A stretch of 64,000 nucleotides of DNA from Candidatus Saccharimonadales bacterium (GTDB taxonomy: Bacteria > Patescibacteriota > Saccharimonadia > Saccharimonadales > DATKHC01). The translations under genes and the position numbers were made by a program. Below the pieces are notes generated by a model, which did not search any database, was not told the DNA's origin, and saw nothing but the letters and a program-made list of their open reading frames with translations. The stretch lies in the NCBI GenBank assembly GCA_038317055.1, contig JBBQBA010000001.1, forward strand, positions 216,153-280,152. The letters run 5' to 3'. Shown in pieces: positions 36,572 through 45,910 of this stretch (position 1 is its first letter; each line of letters begins with the position of its first letter).

Positions 36572-37261
36572 TTAAACTTCTGTTCTTCGATCCTCAAACT
36601 TTAGTCCAGTTTCTTTAAGCGCTTTGTAGACAGACTCGTGATCAATTTTCTCAGCATCATCGGCTCGTTTAATTAGTGAGTTTGCGTCATCTCCCTTTTC
36701 AAACATAGCAAGTCCTATACTAAGCCCAACTTTTCGCTCATCAGGTATTCCTATTTCATGTGCGTTTTTAGTAAAAGTTTCCTTTATCCGGTTTATGTTT
36801 CTAGCATTAAAATCAGCTTCAGATTCACCATCTTCTGGTTCATATCCAACTAGTAGTACCATAAACTCATCACCACCAATTCTATACAATCTGTCGCCTT
36901 CTCTAACTGAATCTTCAAATGCAAATGAAACTGATTTTAATAACCTATCACCCATAAGGTGGCCATCGTTGTCGTTAGCTCGTTTAAGGCCCATAACATC
37001 AACAGCCAAAGCAGCAATAGGAACGTCATTTTCTTCTGCAAATTTTAGTATATAGGGCAATTCTTCGTCTAAAGCTCTTTCATTCATTAATCCAGTTTTA
37101 GGATCTTTATATGCAAGGTCATGAGCATCTCTAACAGCTTCAGCAGCTCCTACTAGTAGTTTATCGTATCTAGAACGCTCATTTAATGCATATTCACGAC
37201 CTTCTATAGGTGGGAATTCCGTGAATTTAACTGGGTGGGGTATTGGTTTTAATGCTTCCAT
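36572..37261 (-). CDS. stand-alone GGDEF diguanylate cyclase
   Basis: DPKTGLMNERAL, DVMGLKRANDNDGHLMGDRLL and RIGGDEFMVLL. Only about 60 aa precede the domain. Confidence 0.85.
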   Translation of the reverse strand: MEALKPIPHPVKFTEFPPIEGREYALNERSRYDKLLVGAAEAVRDAHDLAYKDPKTGLMNERALDEELPYILKFAEENDVPIAALAVDVMGLKRANDNDGHLMGDRLLKSVSFAFEDSVREGDRLYRIGGDEFMVLLVGYEPEDGESEADFNARNINRIKETFTKNAHEIGIPDERKVGLSIGLAMFEKGDDANSLIKRADDAEKIDHESVYKALKETGLKFEDRRTEV

Positions 37262-37286
37262 ATATTTGTGTTATTAGTACCAATAT

Positions 37287-37315
37287 ATACTAGCATAAGC
37301 TTGTAGTTTTGTCAA
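37287..37315 (-). promoter_or_regulatory. sigma70-like promoter TTGACA-17-TAGTAT upstream of the GGDEF gene
   Basis: On the minus strand: TTGACA at 37315-37310 and TAGTAT at 37292-37287. It lies in the 74-nt gap after dnaJ. Confidence 0.5.
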
Positions 37316-37335
37316 TTAGATTGTAGGTGTAGTTA

Positions 37336-38412
37336 CTAGGTGTTGTCTCTGATTTCTTCGAATAACTTCTGTTGTTGTCTAGAAAGCTTCCTTGGAGTAT
37401 CGACGATTATCTCAACTATATGAGAACCTCGACTATTTCCTTTGAGATGTGGAACACCATGGTTGGATAGTTTAAAATCGCTACCCGTTTGAGTACCAGC
37501 TGGAATTTTCATTCGAATTGGACCATCAACTGTTTCAATATTTATTTCAGTACCAAGAGTAGCATCGATCATATCGACATGTTGTTTACTCAATATAAGG
37601 TCACCTTCTCTTGTGAAGTCCTTATGTGGTTTTACTCTGACGTTTACATAAAGATCACCGTTTGGTCCATTAGCAATGGCTTGTCCTCTCTCTCGTAGTC
37701 TGATAACAGAACCATCCTCAATACCCTGGGGTATCTTAAGTGAAATTTTTACCGTCTTAACTCTAGTGCCACTACCACGACATACTGAACATACTTTTTC
37801 TGGTATTTTACCTGCTCCGTGACATTTCGGACAAATAATAGGTTGTTGGATATTTCCAAAAACAGTCCTCTGAACTGTTACTACTTGCCCAGAACCTTTA
37901 CATTGGTCACAAGTTTTTAGCTCGTATCCCGGTTCAACTGTACTACCATCACAGTGATCACATTTAGCTTGAAGGTTTAGTTTAAGCTCAATTTCAGTCC
38001 CAAATATCGATTGCTCAAAACTAATGTCTACATTTGTCTCAACATCTTGTCCCTGACTTGGTCGTTGCTGACGTTGTCCGCCCCCACCACCAAAGAAACT
38101 ATTAAATATATCGCCAAGTCCTAGATCACCAAAATCAAAATTCATACTCTGACCTTGAGCACCACCAAAACCACCATAGCCACCACCGCCTGGATCATTT
38201 CCTACTCCAGCATGTCCAAATTGATCATAGCGTTTACGTTTCTCGGAATCTTTTAGAATTTCATAAGCTTCGTTTAACTCCTTGAACTTCTCTTCATCTC
38301 CACCACGGTCTGGATGATGTTCAACGGCTTGTTTACGAAAGGCTTTCTTTATTTCATCATCGCTAGCACTTTTACTAACACCTAGTATTTCGTAATAGTC
38401 ACGTTTTGCCAT
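37336..38412 (-). CDS. dnaJ: chaperone DnaJ
   Basis: J domain with HPD (DYYEILGV...HHPDRGG), a G/F region, and four CxxCxG zinc motifs. Confidence 0.96.
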   Translation of the reverse strand: MAKRDYYEILGVSKSASDDEIKKAFRKQAVEHHPDRGGDEEKFKELNEAYEILKDSEKRKRYDQFGHAGVGNDPGGGGYGGFGGAQGQSMNFDFGDLGLGDIFNSFFGGGGGQRQQRPSQGQDVETNVDISFEQSIFGTEIELKLNLQAKCDHCDGSTVEPGYELKTCDQCKGSGQVVTVQRTVFGNIQQPIICPKCHGAGKIPEKVCSVCRGSGTRVKTVKISLKIPQGIEDGSVIRLRERGQAIANGPNGDLYVNVRVKPHKDFTREGDLILSKQHVDMIDATLGTEINIETVDGPIRMKIPAGTQTGSDFKLSNHGVPHLKGNSRGSHIVEIIVDTPRKLSRQQQKLFEEIRDNT

Positions 38413-38442
38413 TAAATATATCCTGTATTAAATTTGGAGGGT

Positions 38443-40365
38443 TTATTTTTTCTCGTCTTCTTTTTCGTCTACTACTTCACCTTCTATAGGTTCATCGTCT
38501 TTCTTGTCAGTACTAGTATCCTCGTCAGAAGAATCAGATGCTTTTTCTTCATCGTTCGACTCATATAATTTAGCACCAATAGGCATTATCTTATCACTTA
38601 GTTCTTTACCGGCTTTTTCGATTGATTCTTTATCTGCTTTATCGTCTCCAGCTATTTTTTTAGCTTCATCTACAGCTTCGGTTAAAGTCTTCATATCCTC
38701 TTCTGAGATTTTCTTTTCATTTTCTCGTCGAAGTTTATCTGCCTGATAAATTGCATTATCGAGTAAGTTTTTAGCTTCAACTAGTTCTTTCTTCTGCTTG
38801 TCTTCATCTGCGTGAGCTTCTGCTTCTTTAGCCATTTTCTCAACGTCATCTTTACTCAAATTACCGCTACCTGAAATAGTGATACTTTGTTCTTTGCTAG
38901 TTCCTTTGTCTTTGGCACTAACATTTAGGATTCCGTTTGCGTCAATATTAAAGGTTACTTCAATTTGTGGAACACCTCTAGGTGCAGGAGCAATGCCATC
39001 TAGAATAAATCTACCTAAACTCTTATTTCCATCAGATATTTCACGCTCACCCTGTAGAACATGAATTTCTACTTGTGGCTGATTATCTGCAGCTGTTGAA
39101 AATACTTCACTCTTAGAAGATGGAATCGTAGTGTTTCGCTCAATCAGTTTAGTCATTACGCCGCCCATAGTCTCGATACCAAGGCTTAATGGGGTTACGT
39201 CTAGGAGAAGGACATCTTTAACATCTCCCTGTAGTACACCACCCTGTATGGCCGCACCAACTGCTACTACTTCATCTGGATTTACACCCTTCATTGGTTC
39301 TTGTCCAAATATTTCTTTAACTTTGTCTTGAACTGCTGGCATTCTTGTCATACCACCAACTAAAACTACTGCATTTATATCACTTGCTTTTAATCCAGCG
39401 TCTTTAAGTGCTTTTTCACAAGGAGCTTTGGTCTTTTCGATTAGGCTGACTACCAATTGTTCAAGTTTTGATCGAGAAAGCTTATATTCAAAGTGCTTAG
39501 GACCACTAGCATCAGCTGTTAGAAATGGAAGATTAATATCTACTTCGTTAGTTGTTGAAAGCTCAATCTTAGCCTTTTCTGCCTCATCACGTAATCTTTG
39601 AATTGCAGCCTTGTCAGAAGTAAGATCAATACCTTGTTCTGACTTAAATTGTTCAAGTAAGTGATTAACAATTACTCGGTCAAAGTCAGCTCCACCTAAG
39701 TGAGTATCACCATTTGTACTCTTTACTTCGAATACTCCATCACCGAGCTCAAGTATTGATACATCGAAAGTACCGCCACCAAGGTCATAAACTGCTATCT
39801 TCTCGTCTTTATTTCCACCCTTGTCTAATCCGTAAGCTAAAGCTGCAGCTGTAGGCTCATTGATAATTCGCTTAACTTCAAGTCCAGCAATTTTACCAGC
39901 GTCTTTAGTAGCTTGTCTTTGAGAATCATCAAAATATGCAGGTACTGTAATAACTGCTTCTGTGACAGATTCACCCAAGAATGATTCTGCATCAGCTTTA
40001 AGTTTAGCTAAGATCATTCCGCTAATTTCCTCTGAGCTATAATCCTTATCACCCATCTTAACTTTTACGCCGCCGCCACTTTTAACAATGTCGTATGGCA
40101 TCAGTTTTAGATCTCGTTTAACTTCTTCATCTTCGAAGCGTCTTCCGATTAACCTTTTTACTTCGTAAATTGTGTTAGTTGGATTTGTAACTGCCTGACG
40201 ACGAGCAACTTGGCCAACTAGTCTTTCTTTATTCTTGTTTAGTGCAACAACACTAGGTGTAGTTCTAGCACCTTCTGAATTAGCAATAATTTCCGGTTTA
40301 CCAGCTTGCATTACTGCCATTGCTGAGTTAGTTGTACCGAGGTCAATTCCTATAATTTTTCCCAT
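38443..40365 (-). CDS. dnaK: chaperone DnaK
   Basis: [29 protein letters not shown]. Strong SD AAAGGAGAA upstream. Confidence 0.98.
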   Translation of the reverse strand: MGKIIGIDLGTTNSAMAVMQAGKPEIIANSEGARTTPSVVALNKNKERLVGQVARRQAVTNPTNTIYEVKRLIGRRFEDEEVKRDLKLMPYDIVKSGGGVKVKMGDKDYSSEEISGMILAKLKADAESFLGESVTEAVITVPAYFDDSQRQATKDAGKIAGLEVKRIINEPTAAALAYGLDKGGNKDEKIAVYDLGGGTFDVSILELGDGVFEVKSTNGDTHLGGADFDRVIVNHLLEQFKSEQGIDLTSDKAAIQRLRDEAEKAKIELSTTNEVDINLPFLTADASGPKHFEYKLSRSKLEQLVVSLIEKTKAPCEKALKDAGLKASDINAVVLVGGMTRMPAVQDKVKEIFGQEPMKGVNPDEVVAVGAAIQGGVLQGDVKDVLLLDVTPLSLGIETMGGVMTKLIERNTTIPSSKSEVFSTAADNQPQVEIHVLQGEREISDGNKSLGRFILDGIAPAPRGVPQIEVTFNIDANGILNVSAKDKGTSKEQSITISGSGNLSKDDVEKMAKEAEAHADEDKQKKELVEAKNLLDNAIYQADKLRRENEKKISEEDMKTLTEAVDEAKKIAGDDKADKESIEKAGKELSDKIMPIGAKLYESNDEEKASDSSDEDTSTDKKDDEPIEGEVVDEKEDEKK

Positions 40366-40389
40366 AATATTCTCCTTTACTTAAATAAT

Positions 40390-40899
40390 CTATGACGACT
40401 TAAAGTCGTCCATTTTAACTTTTACCATTGCGTGTCGAATTACGTTATTTCCTAATTTGTATCCAGGTTGTAATTCTTCACTAACAATTTCATGCGAGCC
40501 CTTACCTTCTTCCATACTTACAGCTTCATGAAAACTAGGATCAAAAAGTACGCCAACAGTTGCAATTCGTTCCACACCTAGAGACTCCAGGGTTTTTTCG
40601 AACTGCTTAACGATACCTTCTATGCCTTTAATATAATCATTCTTTTGAAGCACTTTTGGAACGTGTTTAAGAGATCGCTCAAAATTATCAATAACTGGGA
40701 GTAAATCTCTAATTACATCAGATTTTACATAGTCATTTAAACTATTTATTTGCTCATCGTGACGACGTCGTAAATTTACACTATCAGCACGCTCATGTTG
40801 AAGAGCAAGTGTAAGATCATCGATTTGTTGAAGTAGTTCATCATTTTCACTTTCAACAATCTGATCATCAGGTTCAATTGGTTTAGCTGCTTTACTCAT
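40390..40899 (-). CDS. grpE: nucleotide exchange factor GrpE
   Basis: LRRRHDEQ..., DNFERSL and FDPSFHEAV, positioned between hrcA and dnaK. Confidence 0.9.
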   Translation of the reverse strand: MSKAAKPIEPDDQIVESENDELLQQIDDLTLALQHERADSVNLRRRHDEQINSLNDYVKSDVIRDLLPVIDNFERSLKHVPKVLQKNDYIKGIEGIVKQFEKTLESLGVERIATVGVLFDPSFHEAVSMEEGKGSHEIVSEELQPGYKLGNNVIRHAMVKVKMDDFKSS

Positions 40900-41596
40900 A
40901 TAATACCTCCTCTAATGTTCTTCCGGTGCGCTCTACTAAAGCTATAACATCCTTATAACTTTGCCGAGTTGGACCTAGAACTCCTACATAACTTTTATCT
41001 GAATATGGGCTACGAAAACGGCTAATAATTAGGCTACAACCCGCACTTCGTCCAATCGGATTCTCAGCCCCAATATAGACACTAAGTGGCTCATTAGGTG
41101 CAGCTTCCATGAGCCATGGTTCTAAATTGTCCAGCAGCCTCGCAACTTGCTGGACTTGATCACTATGTATAAATTCTGGTTGTCCAAATAAATTCGACAA
41201 CCCGCTCATATACATCTGTCCACCAATAGTTGCTAGTCCTAGATTATGAGTAAGTTCAACTAAGGTATCTACGGCATTACGGATTGTTTGTTCTGGTAAA
41301 CCGCCACCACCTACTCGAGCGGATATAGCTCGTTCAGCTCGCCGATCTTTAGGTCCTTCGACGTGCTCTGCTGCATTGTTAACGTAAAATCTATAACCTT
41401 TATCAGTCGGTATTCGCCCAGCACTTGTATGAGGCTGGGAAATATAACCAAGTTTCTCAAGTTCAACCATGTCAGCCCTGATAGTTGCTGAACTAACACC
41501 AAATAACTTTGCTAGAAGATTTGATCCTACAGGACTAGCAACTTCGGCGTATTGCTCAACAATAGCTGAGAGAACTTGAGCTTGTCTTTTGCTCAT
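40892..41596 (-). CDS. hrcA: heat-inducible repressor HrcA (short form)
   Basis: RQAQVLSAIVEQY...VGSNLLA winged helix. It is the first gene after CIRCE. The ATG at 41596 is preferred over the track start at 41617. Confidence 0.88.
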   Translation of the reverse strand: MSKRQAQVLSAIVEQYAEVASPVGSNLLAKLFGVSSATIRADMVELEKLGYISQPHTSAGRIPTDKGYRFYVNNAAEHVEGPKDRRAERAISARVGGGGLPEQTIRNAVDTLVELTHNLGLATIGGQMYMSGLSNLFGQPEFIHSDQVQQVARLLDNLEPWLMEAAPNEPLSVYIGAENPIGRSAGCSLIISRFRSPYSDKSYVGVLGPTRQSYKDVIALVERTGRTLEEVLYE

Positions 41597-41634
41597 ATAA
41601 GCACTCATATTCATCAAGTGCTAGTGTATCGTAT

Positions 41635-41661
41635 TTAGCACTCACTAGTCAAGAGTGCTAA
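41635..41661 (-). promoter_or_regulatory. CIRCE operator TTAGCACTC-N9-GAGTGCTAA (perfect consensus)
   Basis: Read directly, upstream of hrcA. It overlaps the stop of the upstream guanylate-kinase-like gene. Confidence 0.88.
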
Positions 41662-42385
41662 GTAGGTTTTTTGTTTCTTTTTTCAATTTTATTGCAAGAT
41701 TTCGTCCTTCTCTCTGTTGTTCAGTATCTGCAATACCATTTTTTACGATATCTTGGATTATTTTGACTGCATGAGCAAGCTTGTCATTTATTAGAAAAAT
41801 GAAACTATCTGATTCAATTGCATAATCAAATTCATTTAGCGAACTGTTTAATCGACGCTTAAATTCGTCTTTACTCATCTCACCACGGTTTTTAAGTCTA
41901 CGCATCCACTCATCTAAATTTGGAGGAAGGACAAACACACTAATTACATCAGGGTTTAGTTCAATAATAGTTCTAGCCCCCTGAACTTCGATGTCTTTTA
42001 CGGCTACTTTATTGTGTTGATATGACTTTTCGATTTCTGTGATACTAATACCTGAAACTTGCTGATTATGTATAATCGCTGCTTCAAGATATCTTCCACT
42101 TTTTAAGCCATCAAGTACATATTCTTCTGATTTAAACCAATACTCACGACCATCTTCCTCAGATACACCATCATTAATTCTTGGATGTCTAGTTGTATCA
42201 GAGACTACATAATGAAAATCCCCAGTCCTTACTAGTTCCTTGGCAATAGCATTTCGTCCAACTGATGTAGGTGCTACTAGTAGTACAAATTGTGTTTGAC
42301 TTAATTCATCTTTGGAATTTTGAGATACTTTATATGATTTTAATATTTCTCGGAATTCGTCCAAACGTTTTAGCTCATTTTTCAT
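41645..42385 (-). CDS. guanylate kinase-fold protein with a degenerate P-loop
   Basis: SDTTRHPR...DGREYWF...LEAAIIHN is colinear with Gmk, but APTSVGRN replaces GPSGxGKS. Confidence 0.65.
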   Translation of the reverse strand: MKNELKRLDEFREILKSYKVSQNSKDELSQTQFVLLVAPTSVGRNAIAKELVRTGDFHYVVSDTTRHPRINDGVSEEDGREYWFKSEEYVLDGLKSGRYLEAAIIHNQQVSGISITEIEKSYQHNKVAVKDIEVQGARTIIELNPDVISVFVLPPNLDEWMRRLKNRGEMSKDEFKRRLNSSLNEFDYAIESDSFIFLINDKLAHAVKIIQDIVKNGIADTEQQREGRNLAIKLKKETKNLLSTLD

Positions 42386-42440
42386 CTTATTGTTATATCA
42401 GAAAGAGGATCTATTATCTATGAAAAGTAGTCTGAATTAA

Positions 42441-44222
42441 TTAATCTCGTTTCAACATTACAGTAAATGCTTCTGCAGGAATATCTACCTTACCGAACCG
42501 TTTCATTCGCTCTTTACCTCGAGCTTGTTTGGCCCAAAGTTTCTTTTTTCTAGAAACATCACCACCGTACATATTGGCTGTGACATCTTTTTTCATTGCT
42601 CCGACATCTTCACGAGCAATAAATTTACCACCTATCGCAGCTTGAAGACTCACCTTAAATAACTGTTTGGGTATAATGTCTTTTAGCTTTTTAACTGTAA
42701 CTCTGCCTATATTTTCAGCCTCAGATCTATGAACAATAATACTAAGTGCTTCAACAATATCCCCAGCTACGTAAAAATCTAATCTGACTAAATCTTCTAG
42801 TTGATATTCACCTAAGTCATAATTAAACGAACCGTAACCACTCGTTATACTTTTCAATTGATCGTAGAAGTCTGTAAGTAAATTCGCCAGTGGTGCTTCA
42901 AAATCCATAACAGCCAGATCTTCATCCACAAACGAAAGATTTTTTTGAATACCACGTTTAGTCACAACTAGCTGAAGTACGCTGCCCACATAAGCTTTTG
43001 GACAGACAATCTCACCCTTGACCCAAGGTTCTTTAATCTCTTTAACTTTTGACATGTCAGGTAGATCAGAAGCAGATTGGATAGTAATTGTAGTTCCATT
43101 CATTAGGTTCACAATATAATCCGTTGAAGGATTAGTAATTATTAATCCAAGACCATATTCACGCTCAAGTCTTTCTTTAACAATATCCATATGAAGTAAT
43201 CCTAAGAAACCAACTCTTACTCCGAATCCTAGAACTGATGAATTCTCCGGAGTAAATTGTAGGGCTGCATCGCTAAGACTAAGTTTTTCAATTGCGTCTT
43301 TTAGGAGTTGATATTGTTCTGAACTTTCCGGAAATAATCCTGCATAAACAAATGGTTTAACTTCTTTATAGCCCGGAAGTGGCGATACGGCTGGATTTTT
43401 AAACAGAGTTACCGTATCCCCAACTTTAGCTTCACGAGTACTTTTTAGGTTAGTTACAATATAGCCAATTTCACCATTCTCTAGATTGTTTCTAGGAGAT
43501 AAATCCGGTGTTAAAAAGCCAACTTCTAAAGCTTGACCCTCGGCATCAGTTGCCATCATTTTTATTGATTCATTTTTAGCTAGAGTACCATCAATAATTC
43601 TTACAAAAAGCACTACTCCCCTATAATCATCATAATAACTATCAAAGATTAATGCTCTTAAATTAGCTTTTGAATCTCCTTGCGGTGTTGGAACCAAATC
43701 GATAATTTTATCCAAGACATTTTCGACACCATCACCAGTTTTTGCCGATATCTTTAATATATCGTCTGGTTTGCAACCAAGTAAATTAACTATTTCTGCA
43801 GTTACCTTCTCAACATTAGCGGCTGGTAGGTCAATTTTATTGATTATTGGGATAATAGTGAGGTCAGCTGCCATTGCAAGATATACATTGGCAAGTGTTT
43901 GAGCTTGAATACCCTGACTCGCATCAACTACAAGCAAAGCTCCCTCACAAGCCTCTAGACTTCGTGACACCTCATAACTAAAGTCAACATGACCAGGAGT
44001 GTCAATTAGATTAAGCTCGTGCTCACGGAAGTTCATCTTTACTGGAGCAAGTTTAATAGTAATACCCTTTTCACGTTCTAAATCCATCTTATCTAGAATT
44101 TGGGCTTTCATATTACGTTTATCGATTGTGCCTGTAATTTCAAGCATGCGGTCGGCAAGAGTACTCTTACCGTGATCAATATGAGCAATAATACAGAAAT
44201 TTCTAATGTTAGCTTGTTTCAT
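42441..44222 (-). CDS. lepA: translation elongation factor 4 (LepA)
   Basis: IRNFCIIAHIDHGKSTLADR, DTPGHVDF, NKID, and the LepA C-terminal domain. Confidence 0.96.
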   Translation of the reverse strand: MKQANIRNFCIIAHIDHGKSTLADRMLEITGTIDKRNMKAQILDKMDLEREKGITIKLAPVKMNFREHELNLIDTPGHVDFSYEVSRSLEACEGALLVVDASQGIQAQTLANVYLAMAADLTIIPIINKIDLPAANVEKVTAEIVNLLGCKPDDILKISAKTGDGVENVLDKIIDLVPTPQGDSKANLRALIFDSYYDDYRGVVLFVRIIDGTLAKNESIKMMATDAEGQALEVGFLTPDLSPRNNLENGEIGYIVTNLKSTREAKVGDTVTLFKNPAVSPLPGYKEVKPFVYAGLFPESSEQYQLLKDAIEKLSLSDAALQFTPENSSVLGFGVRVGFLGLLHMDIVKERLEREYGLGLIITNPSTDYIVNLMNGTTITIQSASDLPDMSKVKEIKEPWVKGEIVCPKAYVGSVLQLVVTKRGIQKNLSFVDEDLAVMDFEAPLANLLTDFYDQLKSITSGYGSFNYDLGEYQLEDLVRLDFYVAGDIVEALSIIVHRSEAENIGRVTVKKLKDIIPKQLFKVSLQAAIGGKFIAREDVGAMKKDVTANMYGGDVSRKKKLWAKQARGKERMKRFGKVDIPAEAFTVMLKRD

Positions 44223-44265
44223 TACAAAAACAGATTATAGACTAGTGCGCCAAATCCTCTTAATC

Positions 44266-45852
44266 CTAGATTTTAATTGGTTTTAAGATTAGACGCTTTA
44301 ATCTAGATAGAACTGGCTTTGGTTCATCCAGGCCAAACAGAGTTGAAATAGTTATATGTATCGTAAATGTAACTACAGCTATTAACGTAAACTTGGTACC
44401 AAGAACTATAAATCCATGATCTTTTAACTCAAGCGGCAAAAGTGAAACCATTATAAAGGCGGTTATCACACTAAATCCGGTTACTGACACCGTTTTTAGT
44501 ACACTTCCCCAAAAAACCTTATCCAATAATTTATGATCACGATAAACCATAATAACCACCAAAATGGTGACTTCCACGGCTGCAACTATTGACTGAGCAA
44601 GCGCTAAACCAGCTACACCGTATGACCACGGCCGGCTAAGTTTGTATGCAAGAACAATATCTAAGGCAATTGTGAATATGGAAATTAAAAGTGGTGTCAG
44701 AGTATCTTTTTGAGCATAAAACCATCTGGATATAATCGTATATAGGGTATTAAAGAATATTGCTACGGTAAGGAAACCAAATATTATTGATATTTGAGAT
44801 GAATCATTAGCAAAGATCAATCTAGCTAGATAACCTCTACAGAAAAACGAAATAACACTTACGGGTGCAACTATCCAAATCATAACCCTAAGTACCATCA
44901 AAAAATCTTTCCGGAATAGATCTGGTCTATGTTGAGACAATCGGTTAGATAATCTTGGGAACACTGCCGTTGATATTGCCGATCCAATTAAAAGAGTCGG
45001 TGCAGTCATTAGAATATAGGCGTTGTTGTAATAGCTAATATTACCTGGACCGATCCCACGTGCATAGTGAGTTTCTACAATACTCTCAATCTGATCTATA
45101 CCTTGATCAATCGCTCTAGCCGGAAAGTTTCTAAGTACAGTGTTTAGGTCTTTACGTCCCCAAAATATTTTTGGACTCCACTTGAAGTTCATTCCAAATA
45201 ATCCTGAGCCGACGATTATAAGTTGAATAAGTGCACCTGCAAGAGCACCAATGCCAAGACCAGTAAGACCAATATTTCCTTTGAAAACGAAAATACTAAC
45301 GATAATCGAGAGGTTATAAAATATTGGAGCAATTGCATAGAAAAAGAATCTTCCCATACTTTGCTGCAGACTTGTAAGTATTCCCGAAATCGTAAATAGA
45401 AGCGGGTTAAATGCCAGGAGTCGCATTATTACTACAGCATTATTCAATTGATGTGGTGTTAAACCAGGAGCAACTAAATTATGAATTAATGGTCGAGCAA
45501 AAATAAAAATGACTACACCAACTACAGCCATTACGATTGCAAAAAGATTTAGTAAACTGCTGGTTAACTCCAGTGCTCCCTTTTTATCTCCTTTAGCAAA
45601 ATGATCGGCAAGTACTGGAATAAACGCTACACCTAAAGCTCCTGCAGCAATTGTGTAAAAGAAAAAATCGGGAATATTAAATGCTGCGAAGTAGCTATCT
45701 GTGCTATTAGGTCCTAGAGCATGGAAGTTTGCGTTTACTAACTTAGTTCTAAGAAAACCAAGAATTTGGCCAAACATTGAGGCAAACACTAGCAGTAAAG
45801 CTGCATTGCCTAAGCCCATGCGATTATTGGCTCTTTGGAGCAGTTTATTCAT
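44266..45852 (-). CDS. murJ: lipid II flippase MurJ (MviN family)
   Basis: 528-aa, ~14-TM protein with FGQILGFLR, FFAAFNIPDFFF and YAQKDT. Confidence 0.85.
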   Translation of the reverse strand: MNKLLQRANNRMGLGNAALLLVFASMFGQILGFLRTKLVNANFHALGPNSTDSYFAAFNIPDFFFYTIAAGALGVAFIPVLADHFAKGDKKGALELTSSLLNLFAIVMAVVGVVIFIFARPLIHNLVAPGLTPHQLNNAVVIMRLLAFNPLLFTISGILTSLQQSMGRFFFYAIAPIFYNLSIIVSIFVFKGNIGLTGLGIGALAGALIQLIIVGSGLFGMNFKWSPKIFWGRKDLNTVLRNFPARAIDQGIDQIESIVETHYARGIGPGNISYYNNAYILMTAPTLLIGSAISTAVFPRLSNRLSQHRPDLFRKDFLMVLRVMIWIVAPVSVISFFCRGYLARLIFANDSSQISIIFGFLTVAIFFNTLYTIISRWFYAQKDTLTPLLISIFTIALDIVLAYKLSRPWSYGVAGLALAQSIVAAVEVTILVVIMVYRDHKLLDKVFWGSVLKTVSVTGFSVITAFIMVSLLPLELKDHGFIVLGTKFTLIAVVTFTIHITISTLFGLDEPKPVLSRLKRLILKPIKI

Positions 45853-45910
45853 CTAAGTTATTATAGGTTTAAATAGCCTGTTCACACAGCCTAAAATTAT
45901 TTATTTTTTG

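Noticed and set aside
37262-41661. Treating the GGDEF gene and the acidic ORF as distal members of the CIRCE/HrcA heat-shock operon.
   Set aside because: They are co-oriented with dnaJ, but a near-consensus TTGACA-17-TAGTAT promoter lies in the 74-nt gap. Independent transcription is at least as likely.
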